A stretch of 64,000 nucleotides of DNA from Octopus sinensis (taxonomy: Eukaryota), in contig NC_042997.1 in the NCBI RefSeq assembly GCF_006345805.1, positions 112,034,001 through 112,098,000 of the forward strand. The letters run 5' to 3'. Numbering within the stretch: the first letter of the stretch is position 1; each line of letters opens with the position of its first letter. Positions 1 to 13,530 of this stretch are shown in pieces. The notes beneath the pieces are model-generated. The model searched no databases. It was not told the origin of the DNA and saw only the letters and a list, made by a program, of their open reading frames with translations. A program made the position numbers and the translations under genes.

Positions 1-250
1 AATCAGGCGGTACTGGCAATGACATCGCTCGAATCTTTTTACACATGCCACCAGCACAGGTGCCAGTAAGGCGACGTTGGTAACAATCATGCTTAAATGG
101 TGCCCTTTTACGTGCTACCAGTACGGAAGCCAGTTAGCCGCTCTGGCAACGACCATGCTCGGATGGTGCTCTTGGCACCCAACTAGAACAGGCACAAGTA
201 CCAGTAAGGCGACGCTGGTAACGATCACACTCGAATGGTGCCCTTTTATG
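1..250 (-). mobile_element. 5' tandem-repeat portion of SINE-like family C (RTE-associated, (GAT)n tail); truncated by window edge
   Basis: About 55-60 bp units (CAGGCGG(T/C)ACTGGCA..ACCATGCTCGAATGGTGC) like those preceding other family C copies at 24840-25030, 41690-41830 and 43280-43520. Confidence 0.7.
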
Positions 251-996
251 TGTCACTGGCACATTCAAATTAAGAATGATTGGTGCGCTTCGTTTGTATA
301 AACCACTGTTTGTGCTGCAACAAAGGTCAGCACTTCACAGAACGAATAGAAACAAATGATTTGAGTTCGTTTGTTTTCAATTTTTACAGTGGAATTTTTG
401 ATATATATAAATATTTTCCCAAAAGAGGACATTTGGCTGAAAAATGAATCTTGTCTTTTGGAACCCGTGTCTTGTGCGATTGGATAAATAAACATCTGTT
501 AAATACAAAGACATGCTGATATAGAAAGACTAATGGTGTATATCATATTTGCAAAGTACATAATTAAAAATACACTTGATATAAAATGACAGAAACAAGA
601 ATCGTAGCTTTTTGAAAGAGGAGAAACCAAAATGGCGAATGCAAAATGGAGGCAAAGAGAAGATTGCTTTGCAATGGCAGAGAGAGAGGCGTGAGCGAGA
701 GAAGGAGAGAGAAAAAGACAAACAGACAGACAAACAGACACGCAGACAGACTAACGGACAGACATACGCACAGACAGACGGAGACAGGGATGGTAGAAGA
801 AAATGTAAAGAGAATTCGAAAGCGGGAAAAAAAAATATATTTGATGAGTTTGAGATCTGAAATGTCGCCACACCCTTCCTATTGAATAACTTCCCATTAT
901 CTAATAACTGATATTTTTTTAATAAACCAGGTAGTTTTGCTGCGGAATTGGTCTATACACGTATATGAACACATGACGGGAGACGTCATTTCTGTA

Positions 997-1028
<32 letters not shown>

Positions 1029-1199
1029 ATATATATGATGATGATATATATATATATATATGTATGTATGTATGTATGTGTGCGTACGATATGATTGTAC
1101 GTACGTATGTAATATGTGTGTGTATATGCGTTATGTGAGTATGACTGTTGGAGCGTGTTTCTATTAGAAACAGCCGACGTGAACACGTAGGTGTGTGTA

Positions 1200-1235
<36 letters not shown>

Positions 1236-1686
1236 CTATATTCAAAAAGTGTGCTTTTGTTTGTGCCTATGTGTGCGTAATCTTTCGAATGCGTGGTTAG
1301 CAAGAACAGCCATAAAGAAGAAGTGGTGTGTGTGTGACAAGCATCCATGTTTAGGATGAGTCAATACGTGTGTGCGTGTGCGTTCGCGTGTGCATGCGCA
1401 TGTATGTGTGTGTGTGTGTGTATTTATATGTATATATATATATTCCTATTTTGTCTGAAAGTCCTTCCCTATAGCGTAAACACATTTACTGTTTGATCAA
1501 ACCATTTTAAATTTCAAAAGCTACACACTGATTTCATTGACAGGTAGATTTTAAGAAAGGGTCGCTTTAATAAGCGTGTATGAGTGCTTATGTCTGTGTG
1601 TGTGTGTGTGTGTGCTTATACGTTTATCAGTTTGCATGTGTCAATACGCCTAAAACCCTGCATGTATGTCAGTAGGTAGCTGTATA

Positions 1687-1719
<33 letters not shown>

Positions 1720-1919
1720 GCTGCGTGTGCGTGTTTGCTAATGTCTGTGTGTGGACCTCTATCTAAGTATGAATGTCAATATAAAGACTGCGCGCGCAGA
1801 CACAGACACACATAAACATACGCATAAACATACACACATACACGCATAATCATACACACACACGTGCAAACATTATAGGTTTTTTTGTGTAGTTTCTCGT
1901 TTTAGTCTGCATCTGTTAC

Positions 1920-1942
1920 TATGCCTGGAACATACATATATC

Positions 1943-1987
<45 letters not shown>

Positions 1988-1989
1988 TA

Positions 1990-2023
<34 letters not shown>

Positions 2024-2060
2024 CATACATATATATGTATACATATATATATATATATAT

Positions 2061-2095
<35 letters not shown>

Positions 2096-2150
2096 CATAC
2101 ATATATATGTATACATACATATATACATATATAGATAGATAGATAGATGT
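1920..2150. repeat. (TA)n/(TACA)n/(GATA)n microsatellite
   Basis: Direct reading; source of the IY/YM-rich spurious ORFs. Confidence 0.95.
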
Positions 2151-2429
2151 GTATGTGAACTGGGATGGTAGGGTATCGTTTTACGAGTGTGTTATTAACG
2201 TGTGTGTGTGAAAGAAAGATTACTTGTAAACACACCTATGTTTAGCGTGTCAGTGTTTGAGCTAGCGTGTCTATGTGTGTAAGGGAGCCTTTTGTCTTCA
2301 TAATCTACATTTTGTACGCGCATGCGTATAGTGTATATATATGTAAATGTGTGTGTGTGTACGTATATGTATACACACACATATACGTATGTATGTATGC
2401 GTGTATTATAAAGTATACATGTGTGGGTA

Positions 2430-2770
2430 TGCGCGAAACACTCTTTGCAACCGCATGGTTCCGGGTTCAGCCTCCCTACACGTCACCTTGAGCAGGTATC
2501 CTCTGCAATAGCGCCGGGACGACCAATGCCTTGTGAGCGAATCTGGTAGATGGAAGCTGTGTGGAAGCCCCTCGTACACACACACTTGCACGCACACGCA
2601 CACAACACACACACACGTTTGTGTGTGCTTTGTCCCCCAACTACTATCACTTAACAAACTGTTGGTTTGTTTACATCTCCATAACTTAGTGTTTCTACCC
2701 AAGAAGACTAAAAGTCTTCAAGGCGGTGCCCCAACATGGCCAAGTCTAATGACTGAAACATAAACGATAA
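2430..2770 (+). mobile_element. tRNA-derived SINE, family A
   Basis: B-box-like GGTTCCGGGTTCAG, central CCTTG(G/A)GCA(A/G)GTGTC block, internal CA/TG tract, tail CAGCATGGCC..TGACTGAAACA shared with many copies in the window. Confidence 0.75.
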
Positions 2771-3919
2771 AGGACCTAAAAGCAATGAAATTTATAGATA
2801 TCGTCATCATTTCACGTCCGTTTTCTCTACTGGCATGGGTTGGACGGTTGGACAGGATCTAAGAAGCCAGACGACCGTGTCGAGCGCCAATGTCTACTTT
2901 GGTATCGTTTCTATAGCTGGGATGTCCTTCATAATGCCAACCACTTTATCGAGGGTACTGGGTGCTTTTTTTTCAAAGCACCCATGCTTGTGAAGTTAGT
3001 AATTAACATGCACAGTAAGATCCCTTAATGGAATGGGTGTGGGGTACAGTATTGAGGAAGGTGGCTCCATGCCAAGTGTTAAGAGGTTAAAGTATGACAG
3101 AGAGAGACAGGAACAGGTGTTTTGTTGTAGAGGAGACATGACCAGCCCAGAAGGAAACGGCGGGGGGGGGGAAGAATGATGGAGGGGCAGTCAGGGGATA
3201 CTCTGAAGGTACAAGGAGGTGGATGGAGAGAGGATAGGGATTCAAGGAAGGCTGATAGATGAGTTTGTGAAAGGGGAGTGACAGAATGTTGGAGATGAGA
3301 ATAAAAATGAATGCAGTGAATGGTAAACGTGGATGATAACATGGTCAATGGTGAATGTAAAGAAACAGAGGAATATTGAGCTGTTGTCATCATCTTCATG
3401 TTTCATGCTGGCATGGGTCAGACGGTTTCATAGGATCTAAATGGATCCAGGAAGATGATCAATGAAAATGGTACGGAAATGAGAATGAAGGAGGGAAATG
3501 GTTCCCTCGGTGTACTTGTGGTGCAAAGAACCAAAGGAATTAACATGTACTGAGAAGTTTAGGTTCTGAGTTCAAATGCAGCCGAGTCTCACTTTGTCTT
3601 TCATCCTTTTGAGGCTGATAAAATAAGTACCAGTTATACACTGGGGTCAATGTAATCAACTCAGGCCCACCCCACCCAAACTTGCTGGCTCCTGTGCCAA
3701 AGTTTGAGACTAATATGAACTGAAGAGGAATGGATGTCGGAAGAAGAAGGCATCATAGTGAAACATGATGTGGAGAATGTTTGATAGGGCTGAATAAGGT
3801 CTATGGACAGGATGCAGCATGTACAAGTATGGGCCGAATGTTCATAGGATGGATGTGATTTCTCTCAAGCACAGAAAATTGCCAATTGTCTCAGTCCTTT
3901 ATGAAGCTCAGTATCTTGA

Positions 3920-5000
3920 GATCAGCCTTCATCATTCATTCTATGTCTTTCTAGGTCTTCTTCTTCCTCAAGATTTATTTGTTTTAAGCAACCTAAACTT
4001 TATACAGCTCTCCTCATCCATGCACATCACTTGACCATGCCAATGCAGTCTTCTCTCTTGCTTACTACGACTGATTCCTCTTACGCCCAGTTTTTATCTC
4101 AATACATTTGCACTTTGTCATACATGCATACTGATATTGCACATCCTGTGAAACATACAAGCTTCATTCCCTTCTACTAACCATATCTCCTCAGGCCCCA
4201 TGTCTCACTGCAATGTAGCATTGATTTTCAAATAAGCATCATGCAATCTGCCTTTCATTTGGAGAGAGTGTGTGAAAGAAAGAGACTTTCTTTTTTACCA
4301 ACAAAGGTAAGAGCTCTCTGAATTTACTCCATCCTATTCTAGCAACTATACTTTCAGAACATTCTCCTCAACTGTTAATTAGGTCACCCAGGAAACAGAA
4401 ACTATCTCTCACCTCAAGGCAGCCACCTGGGCATTCAAGGAAATATATTTTTTCTGTCCTTAGTGCTCATTGCTCCTCTGCATCTTCCTCATATAGATAT
4501 TACTCCACAGCTTGCTCTGGGCACATATTTCCTACATACGAACAGGGCCATTTCCCTGAAGGGAGCAAAGTCCTGTCTCTTTTCCTGCTTAATAGAACTT
4601 TGTTCTTTGCTAAGTTAACTTTAAGGATCTCTGATTTCAGGTTTTACTTCCACACTTGGAATTTCTTTTCTGATTCTAACAGATTCTGCTATGAGAACAA
4701 GATCATCAACATACAGTAGTTCCTAGGGGCAGCCAGTCTTAAGTTCCTCAGTTATAGCCTGGAGGACAATGATGAAAAAGAGGGGACTGAGAGCTGAGCT
4801 CTGATAAACAGCTACCTGTACTCTTAATTTATCACTGTAATTGTAGTTAACCCTCACTCACAACACTTCTGAACATGGCTTGTGTGGCCTTCACAAGACT
4901 TTTGCCTACTCATAGCTTCCTTAGAGACCATATATATGTAATTATTAACAAGAAGAAGTGAGTGAACAAGTCCTTTTATTCCATCAATTTACAATTGTTT
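3920..5000 (-). mobile_element. Highly decayed RTE-clade LINE fragment
   Basis: Minus strand near 4700 reads ELLYVDDLVLIAES (RT YADD motif); colinear with the better-preserved RTE copies at 40848-41680 and 44240-45425. Confidence 0.7.
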
Positions 5001-5639
5001 CATCATCTGAATTCAATCTCATGAATATTGCTGTATTATACAATTGATTCCTGGGGTGTCATTGTAAAGACATGAGTTTGATTCTTCAGAATTATATATA
5101 TACAAGCCATTAGCAAATGACTGTTATACATTGGATGTAAGCATGTATGTATGACAAAATACAAATGTCTTGAGAGAAAAAGCTGGGCATAAGAAGAATC
5201 AAATGTGTTTTGCAAAAGAGATGACTGCTCTGGTATGAACATGTAATGCAGATGGACGAGGACAGTTATATAATGAAGTGCCAATCACTAAATGTGGATG
5301 GAGCTCAGAGAAGAAGGAGTCCCAGGAAGACATGGGATAAAGTAGGGATGACTGACCCCAAGAGGAGAGGACAAAGAACCAGGGTGACTGGCAATAGGCA
5401 GTGTTCAAGAAAATCTGCCCATTTTAGCAAAACTGAGATTCTGGAAGCATAATAAATATATATCCACAACTAGGTCTTGTCCAATCTCCTCCTCAAGCCT
5501 TCTTCCTACCTATCATCTCTCTCCCTATCACTGACCCCCCCCCCACCTAACTTCAGTATTCTGATGTTGCAATTAAATTAGAGTAATCATGTAAACAACC
5601 CCTCCCCTGCCACCACCATCAAAAAATTACCATAAGACT

Positions 5640-6390
5640 ACTTAATAGGGATTTCAAGATTTGGCACAAGGCCAGTAATTTCAAGGGTGGGTGGTAAGTT
5701 GATTACATCGCCACCCCCTTGTGTTCAACTGGTACCTATTTTATAGATCCCAAAAGGATGAAAGGCAAAGTCAACCTCAGCAGAATAATAGCAATAACCC
5801 TTTGTACTGGAGGCACAAGGTCTCAAATTGGTGGAAGGGGACTAGTTGATTACATTGGTCCCAGTGTTTCACTGGTGCTTAATTTATTGGCCCCGAAATT
5901 ATGAAAGGAGAATAATAACAATAGCGATTTCAAATTTTTGCCATAAGGACAGCTTGTGGGTGGGGATTACGTCGATTACATCGACCCCAATGCCTAACTG
6001 GTACTTAAGTTATCAATCCTGAAAGGACAAAAGTTGACCCCAGCGGAATTTGAACTCAGAACATAGCAGCAGACAAAATACTGCTAAGCATTTCACCCAG
6101 CGTCCTAATGATTCTGCCAGCTCGCTTCCACAGCAGCAGCAACAACAACAACAACAATAGCAGCAGCAGCAGCAATGATAATCCTTTCTATTATAGGTAC
6201 AGGGCCTGAAATTTTGGGGTAGGGGTCTGGTCGACTACATCACTTCCTAGAACTTAACTGTCACTTAATTTATTGACCTCAAAAGACTGAAAGAGAATGT
6301 TGATCCATGTTGACATTTGAACCTGAAACGTAAAGATGGATGAAATGCCACCAAGCATTCTGTCTCGCATGCTAACAACTCTGCCAGCAT
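5640..6390 (-). mobile_element. Cluster of four SINE family B fragments
   Basis: Repeated AACTGGTAC..TTTAT(C/A)GACCC..AAAGGATGAAAGGCAAAGTC(A/G)ACC block. Confidence 0.75.
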
Positions 6391-6714
6391 GCTGCCCTCA
6401 TGTGGTTACTCAGATTAAAATCATCATCATCATCATTTAACGTCCATTGTCTATGCTGGCATAGGTTGGACAGTTTGACTAGGTCGGCACACTGGAAGGC
6501 TGCACCAAATTCCAGTCTGGTTTGGCATGGTTTTCTATGGTGGGATGCCTTTCCTAATGCCAACCACTCTGAGAGTGTAATGGGTGCTTTTACGTGTCAC
6601 CGACATGGGTGCCATTTGCATGACACCAGTATCTGCCACAGCTGTGATTTTGCTTGATCTGATGGGTTACCTTCTCAAGCACGGCATAATGTCAAAGGTC
6701 TTGGTCATCACATC

Positions 6715-6940
6715 TGTGAGGCCCAACACTTGAAAGGAGCTCAGCCACCTCACCTCTGCGAGGCCCATTTGAAAGGAACTCAACCACCTTACCTCCATGG
6801 GGCCCACTCGAAAGGAACTCAGCTACTTCACCTCCATGAGGCCCAACACTTGAAAGGAATTCAGTCACTTTACCTCCATCAGGCCCAACACTCGAAAGGT
6901 ACTCAGCCACTTCACCTCTGTGGGGCCTGACATTCAAAGG
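6715..6940. repeat. 39-42 bp minisatellite derived from the RTE 3' region
   Basis: About 5.5 units of GAGGCCCAACACT(T/C)GAAAGGAACTCAGCCACTTCACCTC; resembles the RTE terminal sequence at 7035-7080 and 44500-44550. Confidence 0.8.
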
Positions 6941-7885
6941 TTGATGTTTTTTTATGTGCCACTAGCACAAGTGCACTTGGCTTGATGGGTCTTCTCAAGC
7001 ACAGGATATCACCAAATGTCTCAGTCGTTAGTCGTTGCCTCTGTGAGGCCCAAAGTTTGGAGATCATGCTTCACCACCTCATCCCATGTTTTCCTGGGTC
7101 TCTACCACAGGTGCCCAAAAATTTTGTTGTCAACAAATAAACAAATAACTGCTGATGTGGAAGCCAAATGATCCCAAAACACCTTTGGTGAAATATTTGA
7201 CCAAGTATATAAGACACATGAACACCAGATGTATTTCAGTTCTTGAGAACAAGACAGTGAAGGGCTGGGAAGTGTTGAAAATGGATTTAAGAATTTATTG
7301 TTCCAAACCAATTGCAAGAAAGTGAAAAGAAAATAGGAAAAATCTGTAAAAAAAAACAAAAAAAAACTGCAACACAGATATGTCTTTAATTAAACACACA
7401 CACACATATACATACATATACACATATACATGCAAATACACACACACACACATCTTTCACTTTTAACTTTTTCAATCGCTGGACTGCAGCCATGCTGGCC
7501 TACCACATTGAAGATGTTACAAGAAGAGGGAGTGGTAGAAAGATGAGATGTTGGAAATGCTTGATGGGACAGAATAGGTCAAGGGGCAGGATGCAGTATG
7601 TACAAGCATGGACAAAATGTTTATAGGACTTTTGGCTGCGATGGATCTGACTCCTCAAGCACATCAAATTGCCAATTGTCTCGGCCGTTTGTCATCTTCT
7701 CTATAAGGCTCAGCATCTTGAGATCAACCTTCATCACTTCACTCCTTAAGTTCCATCCTCTTTAAACAACCCAAACTTCTTTATGAAGCTCTTCTCATCC
7801 ATTCACATACAAATAGTCTTCTCTCTTGCAGGCTGCATTTGGTCCCTTTTATGCCCAGTTTTTCCTCTCAATACATTTGCACTTT

Positions 7886-8159
7886 AGAAAATTACTATTT
7901 TAAATCTCACATTGAGAAATATTCAGCAACAGTACTTTGGAGTAAAGATTATTTGCCAATATAACATGGCAGTCCTGGTTTAGGACAAATGTAGCTGTAA
8001 TTTAGCCCCAGGAAACATTGTCTCCAGCTGGCTATACGACACAATCTATGTCCTTATATTTTCGAACAAGGGAATCTAGCATGTCTCCTGGGGCTAAATT
8101 ACAGCAACATTCATCCTAAACCAGGACTGCCATGTTATATTGGCAAACAATCTCTACTC
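7886..8159. mobile_element. Fold-back (inverted) short element inserted into an old RTE; same family as the hammerhead-bearing unit at 28.5-29.1 kb
   Basis: About 80-bp inverted arms (7938-8017 vs 8081-8160); 12-bp TSD CATTT(G/A)CACTTT at 7874-7885 and 8160-8171. Confidence 0.8.
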
Positions 8160-9147
8160 CATTTACACTTTGTAGTACATGCACTCTGATATTGCACTCC
8201 CAACAAAGCATACAAGCATCATTCCCCTCTAGTATTCAAGGCTCATGTATCACTACCATGTAGCATTGCTTTTCATAGTCTGTCTTTCACATCGAGAGAG
8301 AGAGAGAGAGAGAGAGCGGGAGGGAGAGAGAGAAGGAGAGAGACAGAGAAAGAAACAGAGAGACCTTTTGTTACCCACTACACTCACGGAGTGGTTGGCG
8401 TTAGGAAGGGCATCCAGCTGTAGAAACATTGCCAGATCAGACTGGAGCCTGGTGCAGCTTCTTGGCTTCCCAGACCCCACTCAAACCATCCAACCAATGC
8501 TAGCATGGAAAGCGGACGTTAAGCGATGATGATGATGATGATGATGATAAACCAGTCATGGGCAAACTGGGTCCTGCAATCTGTCCATGATTGGTTTAGC
8601 CGAACAAACTGACCCAGTCCCTTTATTTTTGAGTCTGGTACAGACTCCACCACTTGACAACAAGGTTGGTGTGTCTACGTCCCTGTAACTTAGCATTCCG
8701 TCAAAACAAACTGACAGAATAGCTAATAAATAGGTTCCAGTGTTGATTCATTCAGCTAGAATTTATTCAAGTTGGTGCTCCAGCATGGTCGCAGTCAAAT
8801 GACTGAAACAATTAAAAGGTAAAACATAAAAGTTGCATGTATTCTTTTATTCTTTTGCTTGTTTCAGTCATTTTGGCTGCAGCCATGCAGGAGCACTGCC
8901 TTTAGTCAAACAAATCGATCTTAGGACTTAATCTTTGTAAACAGACTGTATGCAAAGCAATGCTACATGGTAGTGAGACATGAGCTGTGAATTCTTTGTA
9001 AGCCGACTACTTATTCTATCTGTCACTTTTGCTGAACCGCTAAGTTACGGGGACGTAAACACACCGACATCGGTTGTCAAACGATGGAGGGTGGACAAGC
9101 ACAGACCCATACACAAATATATACATACACATATATATCTTTTCTTT

Positions 9148-9508
9148 TACTTGTTTCAGTCATTTGGCTGCCGCCATGCTGGAGCACCGCCTTTAGTCGA
9201 GGAAATCGACCCCAGGACTTATGCTATCGATCTGTGTTGCCGAACCGCTAAGTTGCAGGGACATAAACACACCAACATCGGTTGTCAAGCAATGTTGGGG
9301 AGTACAAATACAGACACACACACACATATATATATGTATGTATATATATACGACGGGATTCTTTCAGTTTCCATCTACCAAATCCACTCACAAAGCTTTG
9401 GTCGGCCCGAGGCTATAGTAGAAGACACTTGGCCAAAGTGCTATGCAGTGGGACTGAACCCGGATCCATGTGGTTATTATGCAATCTATTTACCAAGAAG
9501 CCACGCGT
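9148..9508 (-). mobile_element. tRNA-derived SINE family A, near full length. Further copies at about 11146-11500, 25190-25505, 27865-28262, 30600-31010, 33270-33945 and 62800-62960
   Basis: Same head, core and tail blocks as plus-strand copies at 12939, 47835, 55530 and 56280. Confidence 0.85.
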
Positions 9509-9719
9509 AAATGTATGTATGTATGCGTGTGTATATACGAATATATATATATATATATATATAATATATATATTCAAAGAGCAATAAGATTCAAGTTAAT
9601 TTAAAAATTTACTTGAATATGGTACCTAACTTAGATGCACCAAAAAAAACTATACTGATTTAACAATACAGTAATGTGGGGTGATTATAAGCGAGAAGAA
9701 GCAACAAGAATGGATAGGT

Positions 9720-9810
9720 TTTTAGTACGATCGTTTCATACAAGGACAGGTTTTATTAAAAGTTGCAAAGATTACAGCATATAAACGAGCCCCGTACTCA
9801 TCAGCTAAAA
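9720..9810 (-). ncRNA. Type-I hammerhead ribozyme motif (left arm of palindrome)
   Basis: Reverse complement of the 10216-10305 motif apart from one homopolymer indel in loop II. Confidence 0.75.
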
Positions 9811-10215
9811 TACATGTAAGTTCTCTAGACATCCTAGTGTTTGAGGCTATACTCATGAAGTAATGTAGATAATTAAACAGATTTCTAAGTTCATTAAAGT
9901 TCTTTAAAGATGATGTATAGTCTTATCACAGAATTTTAAAAAGGTTTTGATAGCATCACAGAGAAGGTGACCTAATCCATATGAATTTCCATAGATATGA
10001 TGAGGGATTATATATAATCCCTCATCATATCTATGGAAATTCATATGGATTAGGTCACCTTCTCTGTGATGCTATCAAAACCTTTTTAAAATTCTGTGAT
10101 AAGACTATACATCATCTTTAAAGAACTTTAATGAACTTTAGAAATCTGTTTAATTATCTACATTACTTCATGAGTATAGCCTCAAACACTAGGATGTCTA
10201 GAGAACTTACATGTA

Positions 10216-10305
10216 TTTTAGCTGATGAGTACGGGGCTCGTTTATATGCTGTAATCTTTGCAACTTTTAATAAACCTGTCCTTGTATGAAACGATCGTAC
10301 TAAAA
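10216..10305 (+). ncRNA. Type-I hammerhead ribozyme motif with long loop II
   Basis: Stem I TTTTAG/CTAAAA; core CTGATGA; helix II GTACGGGG/CCTTGTAT (8 bp with wobbles); GAAA; palindromic helix III ACGATCGT; GUA cleavage triplet, predicted cut after 10299. Confidence 0.8.
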
Positions 10306-10335
10306 ACCTATCCATTCTTGTTGCTTCTTTCTCGC

Positions 10336-10412
<77 letters not shown>

Positions 10413-12694
10413 TAAGTGTACGTGTGTATGTATGTATATATGTTTTTATGGATGTGTGTGCGCGTGTGTATATATGCAGAGATATATTTCATCTCGGATG
10501 TATGTATATATGCGTGCATGTATATATTACACACACTCTTTGTTGTTGTTTTGCACCGGGTGAATTCTAGACGAGCAAACTTAGAATGAGAATAGGCTTC
10601 AATCGAGTTCATTCCTTTTATTCAGACCACGTCTCTAGAACATTATTTTCCAACCTATCCTTCCCTCTTTCCTAAAGATAGAAGGAAAGAAGACGGTAGT
10701 GTATGATTTGGCTGCTATTTCTAACAGGCCGAGCAACCCTGTCGACACTCCCTCATTAAGTCTCGTATTTAGCTGCTTTGTTCGCGTAAATAACAATGAT
10801 TAATAATTATATATAAACTATGAACACAGGATAAAATAATTTTTAAAAAATATAATCTAATATACATTTTAAAAACAATTTATTATGATGATTTTAGTTC
10901 ATACAACTAATTAAGAATAAATATCCGAGGCCGTTTAACTATTTTTTTCCACAAGGAACTCAAGTAATTTTCTGCCATTATTGTGTAAAGGGAGGTAATC
11001 AATAACCTGAAATGGCGGTGTTGGATAAATATTGCACAAAATATTGATTTCTTTTACTCAAACTTGAAATCTTACCCATTCTTGTGTTTTTAAAGGAGGG
11101 GGGGGGGATTTTCTATAATCGATATTGTTGACCTCAATATCTTATCTTTTATCTGTTTCAATCATTAGACTACGGCCATGCTGGGGCACCGCCTCGACAA
11201 TTTTAGTAATTATTTTTAAGTTTAGAATTTAATCTATCGGCCTCCTTTGCCGAACCTTTAAATTAGAGAAAGGGAAACAAACCAACACCGGTTGTCAAAC
11301 GGTGGTGGGAGACAAACACAAGGACACACACACACACATACATACGAGGTGCTTCTTTCAGTTTCCGCTTGCCAAATCTACTCAGAAGGCTTTAGTTAGC
11401 CTATGGCCATAGTAGAAGACATTTGCACAAGGTTCCATGTAGTGGGACAGAACCCGGAACCATGTGGTTGGGAAGGAAATCTTCTCAAGCACACAGCCAC
11501 ACCTTCGCCGAGATAAAGTGTTTCATTCTCTCAAAGAAAAATAAATGTTGACGACTCTGACAGGATTTGAACTTAAAACATTTCAAACCAAATTGCACCA
11601 TAATTATAACTTTTTCTGTGGCGTAAATGAATTATTTGGTAATCTAAAATCTGATGTGGGATAAAGCAAACGGAGTGTTTAGCTGGAATTGTCCGGTAAA
11701 AATGTACGTGTTGAAACGATCCGCCGAGGGGTGGGGTCTCCATGTGGTTTGTGGGTCTGCTAGAAAAAGTAACTAGGTTCCCCAATAAATTGTACTATAC
11801 TGTTAAAAAAAAAAAGAAGAACGCATAAGCATAGATACATATCGCTTTAAAAGACGGGGTGATCACGGTTGGTATGCATCTGATCAAAGATCTATTGAAT
11901 TCAGCTTGGACTCGGGCTAAACAACAGTACGAAACTATTAACTACTTTTGGTCTGGTACAGAGACGTGTCACTCTGTACTAGACCACAGCTATGTTGTCT
12001 GAGATAAACCAGCACATTAACTGTTTTTGTTCTTCCTGTTTTGGCGTGGAGGCATGAACATCACTAAGTCACGTCATTTTATTCTTTCATCTTCTACAGT
12101 TATATAAATACTTGAAATATGACTCGAGAGACGTGAGAAAATAATTTCTTGCTTAGACACTGCGTATTATATTTATAAAAGAGCTGGAATAGATTCAGTG
12201 ACATTCATGCCTTCTCGAAAGACATCAACATGACCTCCACTGATGTGGAATGGCTTACAACAGCGAAAGACGGCTGGTGGGTTTTCCTCGCCGACTTAAA
12301 TTTTATAATCGTTAATTAAAAAATAAAACGATGTAAATAAAATAAATACGGCAGATTATTTTAAATAAACCGCCAAGAGTTAAAGTACAACTGCCTTTGT
12401 AATTCAGCTGCATTGGAGTGCACCGCAGTATACAATAATTTCATTATGTACATAACACGTATGTGTATTTTTATTGTCTGGGGAAGACAACACTACATTA
12501 AACTATAAATCCAAAATCGAAGAAAACACGAATGAAGAAAGAAAGAGGGAAAAAATATGAATTCAACAAAGATTGGTCGCACACTACATAAAAAAAAACC
12601 TCACTTGTATACGGTGTATACCAAAAATTTTGATTTCAAATTTTGGGGGAGGGGAAACGTTGATTACATCGATTCAGTACTCAACTGGTACTTA

Positions 12695-12855
12695 CCGTAT
12701 AAGGAACCCCGCCCCTTTTTTTTTGTCAAAAATTAGGTTAAAAAATATGGGAGTTTCTTATACATGGATAGTATTATAATCCCTTACAAAACTTTTTTTT
12801 TTCCAAATTGTAAGCCCCCAAAATTAGGGGGTTTATTATACACGTTAAAATACGC
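12695..12855. mobile_element. pogo/Tigger-like MITE inserted at TA in a SINE B tail
   Basis: Ends TA-CCGTAT...AAAATACG(C)-TA; interrupts the SINE B motif AACTGGTACTTA|TTTTATCGACC. Confidence 0.55.
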
Positions 12856-12938
12856 TATTTTATCGACCGCCTCGGCGGAAAATAACTTATTTCATTAATC
12901 ACTGTTGAATAATCGTGACAATAATAGAAATGAATTCT

Positions 12939-13345
12939 AGGAGTGACTGTGTGGTAAGTAGCTTGCTTACCAACCACATAGTTCCGGGTTCAGTCCCACT
13001 GTTGGCACCTTGGGCAAGTTTCTTTTACTATAGCCTCGGGCCGACCAAAGCCTTGTGAGTGGATTTGGTAGATAGAAACTGAAAGAAGCACGTCGTATAT
13101 ATATGTATATATATATATATATGTATGTGTGTGTATATGGTTGTGTGTCTGTTTGTCCTTCCCAACATCGCTTGACAACCGATGCTGGTGTGTTTACGTC
13201 CTCGTAACTTAGCGGTTCGGCAAAATAGACCGATAAAATAAGTACTAGGCTTACAAAGAATAAGTCTTAGGGTCGATTTGCTCGACTAAAGGCGGTGCTC
13301 CAACATGGCCGCAGTAAAATGGTTGAAAAAAGAAAAGAAAAAGAG
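12939..13345 (+). mobile_element. tRNA-derived SINE family A, full length
   Basis: GTGTGGTAAGTAGCTTGC head, GTTCCGGGTTCAGTCCC B-box region, conserved body, (AAAAG)n tail. Confidence 0.85.
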
Positions 13346-13530
13346 CTTTATTTTGAGGGATTCGTTTTGGATGTAATGTGTGTGTGTGTTATTATTCCTA
13401 AAACACATCAATACACGTACGTTTATGTATTTGTCAATTTATATATAAAAATAATTTAACAGGAAACTGATTACTCAATACTTTTTAGTTGAGTACATCT
13501 TTTATTTAAGTTTTACAAAGGAAAAGAGTT

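Larger units (their letters stand above)
9572..10335. mobile_element. PLE-like pLTR pair forming a spacerless palindrome (9691-10335), embedded in (TA)n
   Basis: Arms of 322 and 323 bp centred at 10012/10013, no substitutions, three 1-bp homopolymer indels; each arm has a hammerhead; TA arrays on both flanks. Confidence 0.75.

Noticed and set aside
919-2491. Many ORFs rich in IY, YM, HT or CV dipeptides (also 42394-42731, 46099-47198, 49316-49888, 53934-55037)
   Set aside because: Translations of TA, CA, CATA and AG microsatellites, which lack stops in several frames.
6692-6937. Repetitive GPHGGEVAEFLSS ORF
   Set aside because: Translation of the 39-42 bp RTE-derived minisatellite.
8980-9510. 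176-aa ORF and similar ILSVSFAEPLSY / RKLKEA ORFs elsewhere
   Set aside because: They lie wholly within SINE family A copies; the same pseudo-peptide recurs in every copy.
12235-12290. CTGATGT...GCGAAAG hammerhead-like string
   Set aside because: Core A9 missing, no convincing helix II, and no NUH triplet next to stem I.
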